NCBI GenBank assembly: GCA_946965045.2
Contig: OX337242.1
Span: forward strand, 1,798,001-1,862,000
Source: Epithemia pelagica
Lineage: Eukaryota; Protista; Bacillariophyta
DNA length: 64,000 nucleotides
Reading direction: 5' to 3'
This document shows positions 32,992 through 43,180 of the stretch, piece after piece. The notes under the pieces were generated by a model. That model saw only the letters and a program-made list of their open reading frames with translations, was not told the origin of the DNA and searched no databases. The number at the start of each line of letters is the position of its first letter. Position 1 is the stretch's first letter. The position numbers were made by a program, and so were the translations under genes.

Positions 32992-33402
32992 ACCAAGACG
33001 GTGGTCCGGTCTCATTTAGGGGGCGGTCATTAAAAAAGAGACTCTTGAGAACGGCTCTTCGTGGAGAGCAATGAAGGGTTGGAACGCAAGTCGTAGCTTG
33101 TCTTTCTGCGGACGTGAAAAGAGTCATCAGTACGGTGCTTCCAATGATGATGATGTGGATGAATAAGCAATTGCAGCAATGAACGAGAATGTGAACAGTG
33201 GCTCGAGAGAAGATGCGTTAACCTGTATCTATGCATTACATGAATCTATGCATTACATCTCTTTTACTTGGAAGATCATTCCAATGTTGTGACGGCAATC
33301 CTCGTCCAACGAAAACGTTTTCGCAATGGCGTGGAAAGAAGGAGAGAGAATCAACGTTAAATTCGGACTGTCGACGCCACTATCCCATGATATGCGGAAT
33401 CA

Positions 33403-33999
33403 TCAATGCGAAATCCTCGTCGCTGCTTGTTTTCTTGGATGGCTTTGGGTAATCCTTGAGGCTATTCGTTGGCATTTGTCAATGAAATCATCGTGATAGT
33501 CGTCATCCATATCTGGCAACAGCAATGATACGGTTCTGTTTTCTTCACTGGGAATCGGCCTGAAACCAACATGTGCCTGGAGTCGAAGAGCATCCTCTCG
33601 AGACACTTGATGGTGAATGTCGCAATATTCCAACATGGATTGATGACTGTTGTCTTGAGGGAAAGCAGCCATTTCAAGAAACTCATTATCAGCATTGACA
33701 GGCGGTGTCTGAAAAACATAAGTATCTGGGATTGCTCGATGAGTTGGATGAACATATAAAGATGTGTGTGGGCTCATGATCGGTGATGTCACATCCAGGT
33801 CCACGTTGTCGTCCATGCCATGAAGGACTGTGCAAGGATCAACAACATTCAATCGTTGCTCTGGACAAGAAGGAAACATGAGATCATTTTTCGGATGGTC
33901 TGGGCTGGGTGTGTGGCGACGAGTCGCCATTGCCTTCGGGTGGAGCACAAAGTCGGAAAAGCCGGAACTGGTTCTGGATGGAAACGATACGTTTGACAT
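33403..33999 (-). CDS. Hypothetical protein (~198 aa)
   Basis: Open frame with plausible diatom codon use; no recognisable domain; start uncertain. Confidence 0.4.
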   Translation of the reverse strand: MSNVSFPSRTSSGFSDFVLHPKAMATRRHTPSPDHPKNDLMFPSCPEQRLNVVDPCTVLHGMDDNVDLDVTSPIMSPHTSLYVHPTHRAIPDTYVFQTPPVNADNEFLEMAAFPQDNSHQSMLEYCDIHHQVSREDALRLQAHVGFRPIPSEENRTVSLLLPDMDDDYHDDFIDKCQRIASRITQSHPRKQAATRISH

Positions 34000-34280
34000 G
34001 ACGCAACAAATGGAATGAATGTTTTCTATCACCGAGCTGTCCTTGGTTTTTCCCTTTTCCAATCAATGGGTGTGTCTTTGCCCTTGCGCTTTAGACTTTG
34101 GAATCCTTTCTCTACTTCAAAGTCCACGTTATGAACTCTAATAAATTGCTGTTGGCTAGGCCCATCACGTACTAGTACTTCACCAAGAGCTTGCCCTGTT
34201 GTGTCTTTCGTGTTTCTTGGCTCTTGGCCCTCTTGATTCTTGATCTGGTGAGCACAAAATCCCTTGGCTTATCTAATTTA

Positions 34281-34678
34281 TGGGAATAGCGAAATGACAG
34301 ACTTTCATGACAGACTTTCGGATAAACTTTCAAAATGTTGACTGTTATACGGACAGAATATCCGGTTGCACTCCATGTCACTGTTGCTCTTCCACGTGCA
34401 CTCTTCATTAAAATAAAATGACATTTTACTATAGCCCTTCTTGTCTCGTCAGTGCCACTTCAAATTCATGACGAGGATACCCCGTTTAACCCTAACTCTA
34501 AAAACGAATGTTTACCCGAATGTCTGTCATTTCGCTATTCAGGCCTGAAAAAGTGAAATGACAGACTTTCGGGGTAGTTGTTTGACAGACATTCGGAGTT
34601 TCAGGTAGCTTTTTGACAGACATTCGGAGTTTCAGGTAGCTTTTTGACAGACATTCGGGAAAACTTTTTATTTTTGTA
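34281..34678. repeat. Repeat module built on GAAATGACAGAC(T/A)TTC: 2x13-bp tandem, 55-bp loopless palindrome and 2.5x31-bp tandem
   Basis: ATGACAGACTTTC x2 at 34294-34319; palindrome 34517-34571 centred on AGGCCT; TTTGACAGACATTCGGAGTTTCAGGTAGCTT at 34581, 34612 and (partial) 34643. Confidence 0.85.
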
Positions 34679-34816
34679 GTATCAGAAAACCGAAACAGCA
34701 AAGAGTGTGAAGGTTAGTTTAGTTTTCATCTATCATCCTAGGTTTCCGGAAGTATTCTACTTTCCGTTCGCTAACGCGCCGGCCTGGTATAGTCTAGACT
34801 CCCTCCACTCGCACCT
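34679..34816. repeat. PLE pseudo-LTR, 3' copy
   Basis: 137/138 identical to 38065-38202. Confidence 0.95.
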
Positions 34817-37800
34817 GGTCGCTCGTATCAAACTCATCAGTAGTCAAGGGGTTGGTCGGGGTTAGTTCCTCTAGGTCGTTTTCGCCATAGACCACCACTG
34901 GAGGTGTGTCCTTTGGTGTGCTAAAGCCGAACCTAGCGCGGAGTCCTTCGATCCGTCGTTCTTGGTAGGTCATGGGGGGGGGGGGGGGGGCACAGTATCT
35001 AGGATACTGCTGCTCCTCCCATCCAAGCCTTGATCAAAGTCATCATTTGAGGTTGAAAGTCGAGTGGTAGGCGACTGGGAGGAGGTCCACGAGAAAAACA
35101 AGGTGTTTGACTGGGACGACGAGGTAGACACTGGGCGGCAGACTTGGACTCTTTTGTCGTTCGTCGACTCATCAGTGCTGGGGGCGTTGTTGTTGGGTGG
35201 GAACCGGTGAAACCGCGGTTTGTGGCGGCATGCTCCGTAGATTTCGTTGCATTTGTTGATTGCTAGGTTGGGGTGTTTGCTCGTGAATTTGAGAATTTCC
35301 AGGCGTTCACGTGCACAGAGTTTGCAGGATTTTGTCCCAAAGGTTTTTACTGTGGAGAGTGGTTTTCCTTGCCACAAGATGTCCACTTTGAGGCGGACAT
35401 GGTTCTTGATCTCCTTCTTCTCGGTATCTCTGGGAACAAAGCAAGCGAAGTGGCTCGCGAAAGAGTCGGAACTCTTGTCTTTGAGAACTAGCTGTTTCAC
35501 ATCTTGGACATGTTGTTGGATTCTCTTCTTTACGTGTTGTTGAGTGTTGCCAATATATTGATTGCCGGTTTTGAGGCAGGTGGCCTTATAGACCACGATA
35601 GAACGTCTGCAGAAGCCTCCGTAGGGGCAGGCTTCACGGTTCCGACAGTTACAGTCAAGATCCTCAAAGTCCAAGGATCGTAGGCCGTCATTCAACTTGG
35701 AGTTGAGATCCCCCTGGAAGTGCTCCCGGATGTTGGTGAAGCGGTGATAGGACATCGAGATCCTCAACCAGGACAACGACGGGAACCGGCTTTTAATTTC
35801 CTTGAGCGTCTTGTGGATTGGTTTCTTCCAAAAATCAGAATACCCAATCTTAAAATAAATCGCTCGTTTGCGGTCTCTCTCGCGTCGTTTTTTGAGAGCT
35901 TGTGAGGCCGTGTCCAGTTTTTCCGATTCCTTTTTCTTGGCTAGTTTGCCTAGGGTGGGGGTTGAGTTTGGTTTGACAAGCTTGGAGTGTTCCAGGGCTG
36001 CAAAATGGACGGGGTAGAGTTCGCCTAGTCTGCAGTCGTGGTTGCTTTCGTCCACCGAGGTTAGTTTCGTCAGGTGTTTCATCACCCCGTTTGGGATTGC
36101 TTTGAAGCATCCTGGGGTGTGAGCGCTACCTCTGTTGAGGTATTTGAGTTGTTGGTTCGGTTTCAGATGGACTTTGTAGGCCAAATTTCCGTTGTCGTGC
36201 CAAAACATTTCCATGTCCAAGAAGGGAAAGGCTGGTGTTTTCTCAATTGACACTGATTTGTTGGTGATGGAGTCTGGGTTGTGCTCGTTCAAGGGATCCC
36301 AAATGGTGGCGGTGAATTTCAAGAAATCATTGCCAGCGATGTCGTTGATGTCTTGTTGAAAAGCTTCGATCCACTTTTGAACTCCTTCAGTCGATTGTTT
36401 CCCTTTGAATACGGCTAGACCGTCATCTCGGTAGATCCCGAAGTAGTGCATTGGGTCGAACATGGCGTCGTAGGTTGCTTCGAGTAGGAACGAAACAACG
36501 AGGTCGGCTAGCCAGGCTGACTCGTACCCTCCAATCGTGAGCCCCCTTTCCTCCGGTTTTAGATCACCGTCGTATAGGAAGTATTCATCTTTGAATGCAA
36601 TAATCGTGTTGGTCATGCCAAAGAAGATTAGATCCAAACAAAGGTTGATTGTCCTGTGTGTCTCGGGTGGTAGAGCTTCAGCGTAGTATTGAACCGCGTC
36701 ATAAATTAGTTGGAATTTTATGGACGGGTACATAGCTTCGGCGTCTACTGACACAATTGTGGAATTGGACATGTTGAAGGAGAGGGATTCGAGTTTCTGT
36801 TTCAGATCGGATGATTGGATTATGTTTTTGGAACCATACTCGACTTCGTGTTTGTCGAGGAGGTGTTTGATTCCAAGGTAACCAATCTTGGGGAAGCCGG
36901 CCGTGAAATTCGTTGCTGGGACGACTAGGCGGGTTGGGAATGTACCATCGGCGTTTTGTTTTTTGTGGTTCTTAACGAGGATTTTCGGATTGGGAACTGC
37001 TTTCGACTCGATTTTCTCCTTAAGGAAGTTCCGTTCGTTGGTGGAGAGGTAGGGGTCGAGTTCGGTCAGGAATGCGTAGCAGTTTTCAACGATTTCGCTG
37101 AGTTTGGATTTCGGGATTTTGACGGCGCTTTTGGAGAGGTGGATCTTGATCTCTTTTGCGTATTGACGTGTAGACATAATTGTAAAGGAGTTGGTTTTGT
37201 CCGTTGGAATTACGACCATGTCGTGCTCTTTCAGTTGGGTTAGCAAGTCCTTGAACTCGAGTGAGAGTTTGTTCTCGTTTCGATTCTTCTTGTTGGCTAA
37301 GGATTCAGCTATGATAGCCTCTTCAACTTGCTTTAGGAAACATTCGAGTTCGTTTGAGCCGATGGGGGCGCTCTTCTTTTTGTGTTCAGGTTTCACGCCG
37401 CTCATAAAACCAGACGTGAATAAGTTCTTTTCCTCTTCTTCAAGTTCCTCTTCATAGTTCTTCTTCGAGAAGGGGTCGGGCCACTGCCACTCTGGGTCCA
37501 TGAGGGAGCGGTCCCATTGGGCGTCTGAGAGAAGTGTTGGATTGTTATGGTAGTAGCTCGCCCAGACGGCTTGCTCTGTTCACACTCGATCCTTGTGGTC
37601 GTTTCTCCAGAACTCGGCCCATCGGCAACGGGTCTTGAAATCACCGATGCCATTGATAGCATCAACAGTGCGTTCGTCTGCAGTTGGGGCAGGCACGAAC
37701 CTTTCCGAGACTTCTTCGGCCAAGCTTTGTACCAGCAATCGCAGTTTTCCTCCCTGCGATTAAGGTCGTTGTTATTTGTCTCTTGGCCGGATCCGGTCGT

Positions 37801-37857
37801 ACCCGCTTCGGCTACGTCTTCAACAGGAGGTGCGATGGACAAGGTGGAGAGCTTCAT
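34794..37857 (-). pseudogene. PLE polyprotein, ~1021 aa when restored (one in-frame TGA, two -1 homopolymer frameshifts)
   Basis: N-terminal ERFVPAP...DFKTRCRWAEFW; RT motifs PTDKTNSF, KNHK, RLVV, VSVDAEAMYPSI, GLTIGGYESAWLADL, IYRDDGL, PFLDM; GIY-YIG CNC...C..SIVVYKATC...YIGNT...KRIQQH, CKLC, CRH. TGA at 37580-82; frameshifts at the A4 run near 37747 and the G17 run at 34974-90. Confidence 0.85.
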
Positions 37858-38064
37858 CTTCAACTATTGGGCAATAGGGACAAGGACTCGCTGTTGGGCT
37901 TGGACTTGTAGGCTACTGCGGGGAAGGGAAGATGAGGATCACCAGATTTTTCGATCTTTCGGCTTTTCGATTCTCGTCGTCTTGGCGGCGAAATTTCAAA
38001 AAGCTTCCGGATGCAACCTTGGTGGAATCGGAACCAGATGGTAAAGACACGGCTTCGTAGGTGT

Positions 38065-38202
38065 GTATCAGAAAACCGAAACAGCAAAGAGTGTGAAGGT
38101 TAGTTTAGTTTTCATCTATCATCCTAGGTTTCCGGAAGTATTCTACTTTCCGTTCGCTAACGCGCCGGCCTGGTGTAGTCTAGACTCCCTCCACTCGCAC
38201 CT
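38065..38202. repeat. PLE pseudo-LTR, 5' copy
   Basis: 137/138 identical to 34679-34816; the only difference is A34789 vs G38175. Confidence 0.95.
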
Positions 38203-38783
38203 TCTATTTACAATACAAAAAATGTTCCCAACCAACTCTTCAGGTACGACAAAGTTAACAGGGGACCAAGAAGAGTTACACAAGTGCCCCTTCCCCCTCT
38301 TGACGTCACAAATGCAGTCGGAGTTGTCAGCGCCAGGCGAGCTATCTTATCGAGCGAGCCTGAGCAAACAACCGTTGGTAAAGCAGGGCGTCGCATCCAG
38401 AACGTACCGAATAACAACATCAAATTGATTCGGTTTTGGTATAAGAATCAACCATACCAAACATCAGAGTTCCAATGTCACCTTGACATGGTTGTCCTGT
38501 TTCAACAGACAAGGCATAACAACCACCTCCGACAAACAAGAACGGCAATCACCAGTGACCGCAGACTGCGACGCGTTTCACGACCAGTCTGTGAATTCCA
38601 AGATCAACGTCAGGAGAAAAACCAAAAAACCCAACATGCACCAAGAGTCCTCACTCTTCTAGTTCATCACGTTCGACGGCAAAGGCTTGATCACCTTTGG
38701 CGCCGTTCTGGAATTCTAAGAGGATTTTTGCCTTCTTGCTCTTGTGTTTTGCTTGCTCCGCTTTGCTCCGCTTTGGTTCCCTC

Positions 38784-39480
38784 ATGTCTTCTTCCTCTCC
38801 GTCTCGCTCTACCCCTCCTGACGAAGATACCCTTCTTTCGTCGTTGGTCGCTTCGGCTTCCATTGCAACTCCTGGGGTTGCGGCTCCTCGGCCTTCCTCG
38901 GGAGCTCCAGGGGGGGAACGGGGGCAAATCACCTTCGCACCTGCGACGGAAACATTTCGAGATCGAGACATCACCAACCTCTCAACTGGATGGCGCAATG
39001 AGTCTACGGACTCTTCGAGAAAGTTCGGCATTGTTGTTTTGTCGGCGCAAGACAAGAAGCTTCTCTGCCTTGGTATCAAGAGGGGGGGGGTAACACCTTT
39101 TGCATCGACCCCAAGTGCTCCAAAGCCGGGGACCATGGAATGGGCGTCCCCCCCCCCAGGATCTAGGCACTTCTGGAGGACTGTACATCATGAAAAACAC
39201 AGCCTCCGCCTTTTGTTCACCCGTGGTACCGATGGATATGGCTACTCCTGAGGTCGTGAACAAATTAAAGATGGAGAAACACTCTCTTAACGATTGGATT
39301 GAAAAGTTCTTGGTACTTCGCCGTCTGGACTACATCAAATCTGAGGGATCACTCTCCGGGACGACTTTCGAGGAAGAAGAAACGAAAGTTGTCAAAGCCA
39401 CCATCATTGACACTCCTTTTACTACTACCAAGACTATTCGTCGCACCACGGCTTCTTTTGCTGTCGAGAAATCCAGAACC
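38784..39480 (+). pseudogene. 5' part of a TE-associated ORF with a Cys/His knuckle (possibly gag-like ORF of a diatom retroelement), truncated
   Basis: MSSSSPSRSTPP...KFGIVVLSAQDKKLLCLGIKRGG(G)NTFCIDPKCSKAGDHG...GGLYIMKNTASAFCSP...NDWIEKF reads through once one base is added to each of G9 (39082-90) and C10 (39148-57). It is preceded by a pyrimidine-rich leader. Confidence 0.45.
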
Positions 39481-40879
39481 GCGTGGCGGTTCTGGAGGCG
39501 GAGGTACTACCCGAATGTTGCGAGGCGCCCGAATAGGTCGATGCCACGGATCCCACGGAGGCGCCTTGCGGCAAGGTGGAGACACTGTCTGCATCACCCG
39601 CGGCGTCATGAGGGCGAACGACAGGGCCGGTGGTCTGGGACGGGAGTGTGGAAGCGGGAGTGGGAGAAGAATCTACCTGGGAGCAATCCAGTTCCACGTC
39701 ACCCTCGTCATAAATCCAGCCGTTGTAGGCATCCGATGGCGAGTCAACACTCATGGTGGTGGGATTCCAAATGGCATCGACCGCCCGGTCGAGGGCATTG
39801 CGACTAAAGTGCCGGTACAAGGCCTTAGAGAAGAAGCGTTCGCGAGCGACTGCCGAGAGGTCCGGTTGTTCCTCGGCCATTTTCCACCGCAGGAAGGGAA
39901 TGAGGGCGATGACCATTGCCCGAGCTTCCTCTTCGCGGTTAGGGTGGAACGTAAATTGCACGGCGTCACCCAGATGGCTCGGATCGACGGAGTGGAATAA
40001 CTGGAAGCCATCTTTTTGACTCCTGATGGCCGTGAGACGTTGACGTAGAGTGATGCCGGTCGAGTCGTCGGGGAGGTCAATAGTGTGCAGTTCCCAAGAC
40101 CTCATTCCCCGCATGTTGTTGCAGAACTGGAGTTGACGAAGTCGGAGTGCAGCAACCTTCGACCTGGTATGAAAGTTCATAAGGTCCGAGAGGGGCCAGA
40201 CTGACCTGAGCTTGATACCCAGGGGAAACGATGAAGCATCCCGGGCATAAAGGGCAGCTAGTCTCTGTTTGGCCTGGCGGCGATGGGTACGATTGACTTC
40301 AAAATGTAACGCTTTGGCCAGTTGATCCGCGGGGATCGGGCCAGCCTTGTCAATTTGAATAGTCCTCCAACGAATCCCGATGTCGAACCTCAGCTTCTCA
40401 CTCAAAACCCGACGCAGCTCTGGGACATGCATTGACTGGGTCGAATAGAGACCCCAACCCACGATATAGGTTGATTCGCATTGCAATTGTCTTTCCCAAA
40501 GACCATGGCGCTCCTGCTGGAACCACCAAGTGATTTCATCTTTGATGAAGGCGTAGGACTTGGAATGACCCAAATGGCACGACGGGTAGATATGGCCGCC
40601 AGCAGTCTTCGGTATCAAGCGGGGGAAATACTTCTTAAGACCAGTAATCGTCGTAGGGAGTTGAGAAGGCGACGAAATCGATTTCCAGGGGCGAGAACCA
40701 CTTTGACGAGTAGTGTTCTCTTTGTCCTCCCACGGGTGGATCACCAGGGTAGCATCGACTTCGCGCAACTTGGTGAAGAACTGGACCAACACGGAGCGCA
40801 TCTTGACGTCGGCCTGAGTTGATGGGGGAACCAAAATACAACATTCGTAGCGTCGTTCGATCGGACGCCGAGGAACCAA
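39434..40879 (-). CDS. ORF1-like protein of a diatom non-LTR retrotransposon (no ORF2 present)
   Basis: 481-aa frame with GWGLYST...GIRWRTI...ALHFEV...RQLQF...LRQRL...LFHSVD...FTFHP, a pattern I recall from repetitive diatom LINE-associated ORF1s. No native ATG at the start; lies inside a TE nest. Confidence 0.5.
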   Translation of the reverse strand: MVPRRPIERRYECCILVPPSTQADVKMRSVLVQFFTKLREVDATLVIHPWEDKENTTRQSGSRPWKSISSPSQLPTTITGLKKYFPRLIPKTAGGHIYPSCHLGHSKSYAFIKDEITWWFQQERHGLWERQLQCESTYIVGWGLYSTQSMHVPELRRVLSEKLRFDIGIRWRTIQIDKAGPIPADQLAKALHFEVNRTHRRQAKQRLAALYARDASSFPLGIKLRSVWPLSDLMNFHTRSKVAALRLRQLQFCNNMRGMRSWELHTIDLPDDSTGITLRQRLTAIRSQKDGFQLFHSVDPSHLGDAVQFTFHPNREEEARAMVIALIPFLRWKMAEEQPDLSAVARERFFSKALYRHFSRNALDRAVDAIWNPTTMSVDSPSDAYNGWIYDEGDVELDCSQVDSSPTPASTLPSQTTGPVVRPHDAAGDADSVSTLPQGASVGSVASTYSGASQHSGSTSASRTATRFWISRQQKKPWCDE

Positions 40880-40886
40880 GGATGGA

Positions 40887-41229
40887 TCACTCTCAAGACT
40901 AAACTGGGTCGTGCGGTATTACAACGGACGTAAATTTGGCCGTTGCTCGGACATAATACTAACGCCCTAAGCGTACGCGCCTGAAATCATCGAGCGCGCC
41001 CAAGCAATCGCATCATGCCATCTAGCTTCGAGCTATGTTCCCTAGCTTTGCGCTATATCAACCTATATTTCTTTGCAAATCATGAAAAGTGAGAATAGAT
41101 TGACGAACTCACTCTCAAGACTAAACTGGGTCGTGCGGTATTACAACGGACGTAAATTTGGCCGTTGCTCGGACATTATACTAACGCCCTAAGCGTACGC
41201 GCCCGAAATCATCGAGCGCGCCCAAGCAA
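40887..41229. repeat. 121-bp direct repeat (2 copies, period 222 bp)
   Basis: 40887-41007 and 41109-41229, 2 mismatches, separated by a 101-bp unique spacer; directly upstream of the minus-strand ORF1-like frame. Confidence 0.95.
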
Positions 41230-42045
41230 CATCCGAGCGTTGTCGGCATCTATCCGACCCAACGGTCTAAGTATCCCAAGCACGACACACGATCACGCGA
41301 GACCATATTTCCATTCCCACAATCTCCAAATTGTCAACAAGCTGCGCGCCATGAAAACAACTATGCCAATCCAAAGCAAGAGCTGTTGACCCTGTATATG
41401 TTATCCGTCCACGTATACATGTCATATACATCACATGAATCGACTCCAACTATTCCAAACCTGTTGCCGCCAAGAACCTATGACACATGACCCTTGGCAG
41501 GACCGAACATTTCACGTAGACCTATCGTAGTAATCAACACACAATCTAACAATATCACCATTTATCACATCCTCTTTTGTGTCCCGACTATCCTTTTGAC
41601 AGACTACGACTTGCTTTCCTCTCTTACCCGTGGAGAGGTTTGTATCGGTTGGTGACTACCTGATTGTCTGCTCTAACGAGCATTGATGTCCCTACGATTC
41701 AGAAAGAATTGTAACACGATGCAGGCAAAAGACAGGATGGTGAACGAGGATGGATGGACGAAACGATTGCCTACGAGTATGACACATACAAGTATGTACA
41801 AAGCTAACTAGTACATGCTCTCACTCAATTAGTCATGTTCATACAAGTAGAGGAGGCGGGTTGATTGCTGTTGTGTTAGAGCCTCCTCGCCATGGTGTGT
41901 GTGAGGATAGTTTGCATATCTTGAGATTGAGCATCTCATTGATCGGTCGGTACATGTGAGGGATGAGGGGCAATTCATCTTAGTTTTTTACTTTGGGAAA
42001 ATGTATGGAGTGAATCTCGTTGGGCCGAAATTCCCTCTAAAGTTT

Positions 42046-42134
42046 AAAGTTTATCCGAAAGTCTGTCATGAAAGTCTGTCATGAAAGTCTGTCATGAAAG
42101 TCTGTCATGAAAGTCTGTCATTTCACTCCCCTCG
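42046..42134. repeat. Five perfect tandem copies of GAAAGTCTGTCAT; inverted partner of 34291-34330
   Basis: Units at 42057, 42070, 42083, 42096 and 42109. AAAGTTTATCC + units + TTC is the reverse complement of GAAATGACAGACTTTCATGACAGACTTTCGGATAAACTTT, apart from unit copy number. Confidence 0.95.
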
Positions 42135-43115
42135 TAATTTATAATTGCTTGTGAACGGTGCAATGTCTGGAGTTGCTCTGGGCAAATGCTTTTCACTATT
42201 GCCTCTGATGTCTTGTTGCTGTCGCAACATATAAATCCATCAACATCGACCGTTACGAGATTGACTGCACCTATAGCTGCATTCGTTCCCTGTTCTACTG
42301 GTAGACAAAGCTAACCCGATCATAGATCATAGATGAATCATACGAGTCGAACGAGAGCTAATGCCTTCCTCCTTCCTCCCTTTCTGATTCACATGATGAT
42401 ATGCGCATTGGCATTGGTAAGTAAATTGGTAATATTGGTACGAGTATGTTGGTGTTGGTGTTGGGACTGGGGGTGTTGGTGCTGAATGTAGAGAGGGGTC
42501 TAAGTCTAAGTAAAGTGGCGATAGTACTTTGAAGACTTAGTCAAACTTAGTGGGATCATGTACGTGTACGCGACCAGAATGAAGTCAGTCCAATTGTAAA
42601 TAATTGTAAAGTCCTGTATATGTCTCTTTCTCTTTCATAATGTTTGCGTGTGTCTTTTGTAGTTTGGACTTGGTGATCACGGGTACTTGTGAGTTGTGAG
42701 GGTAGCGACTTAGCCCTACTCATAAGGTACCCTCAGACAGTTAGGCAGTAACTCTAGCTAGGTAGCCAGCTAGCTAGAGCGTAGTTATTGCATCTACGAG
42801 TGCGAGGAGAAGGGCCACTCCTTCTCAAGCCAGTATTCGCAAAAAACAATTGAATCATTCTGTTCCAAGATAGGTAAAGAGCTCTGGGGAGGGATGCCGT
42901 ATTGTAAGAGCACGCATCTAATCACATGTCAGAGTAGCACTCTTACGACTCCTACTAGCTCCCTAATCTATCACTTTTAGATCTTGCTCCTGTCACGGTA
43001 CGAGTAAACCAGACTCCCAACTCCCACTCCCACTCCCACCTCCCACATCTCAATTAACTACGAATCTCTTCTTAGTCCTTAGAGCTTGAAGAACAGTAAA
43101 AGGATGGCGGATGCC

Positions 43116-43180
43116 TAGGGTGTAGGTGTTAGGTGTTAGGTGTAGGTGTTTGGTGTTTGGTGTAGTGTTTAGTGTTGGGG
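43116..43180. repeat. Degenerate (TAGGTGT)n-like simple repeat
   Basis: TAGGGTGTAGGTGTTAGGTGTTAGGTGTAGGTGTTTGGTGTTTGG... Confidence 0.7.

Larger units (their letters stand above)
34679..38202 (-). mobile_element. Penelope-like retroelement (RT + GIY-YIG endonuclease) with pseudo-LTRs
   Basis: 138-bp direct repeats at 34679-34816 and 38065-38202 (1 mismatch) flank a PLE-type ORF; A-rich TACAAAAATAAAAA follows the 3' copy on the minus strand. Confidence 0.9.

Noticed and set aside
34679-38202. LTR retrotransposon interpretation of the 138-bp direct repeats
   Set aside because: No TG...CA termini, PBS, gag, protease or integrase; the RT and GIY-YIG motifs are Penelope-type.
38963-39472. TCGAGA(C/A)AT as a 9-bp TSD around a 492-bp insertion splitting one minus-strand ORF (frames would rejoin)
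   Set aside because: The repeat has a mismatch, in-frame rejoining has a 1-in-3 chance, and the plus-strand ORF starts at 38784, outside the supposed insertion. ORF 38651-39136 is better explained as antisense shadow.
42057-42121. 13-bp x5 array (and the 31-bp and 43-bp repeats) as a CRISPR array
   Set aside because: Units abut with no unique spacers, there are no cas genes, and the context is eukaryotic.
43116-43180. Interstitial telomere
   Set aside because: Only degenerate TAGGTGT-type units; no run of TTAGGG.
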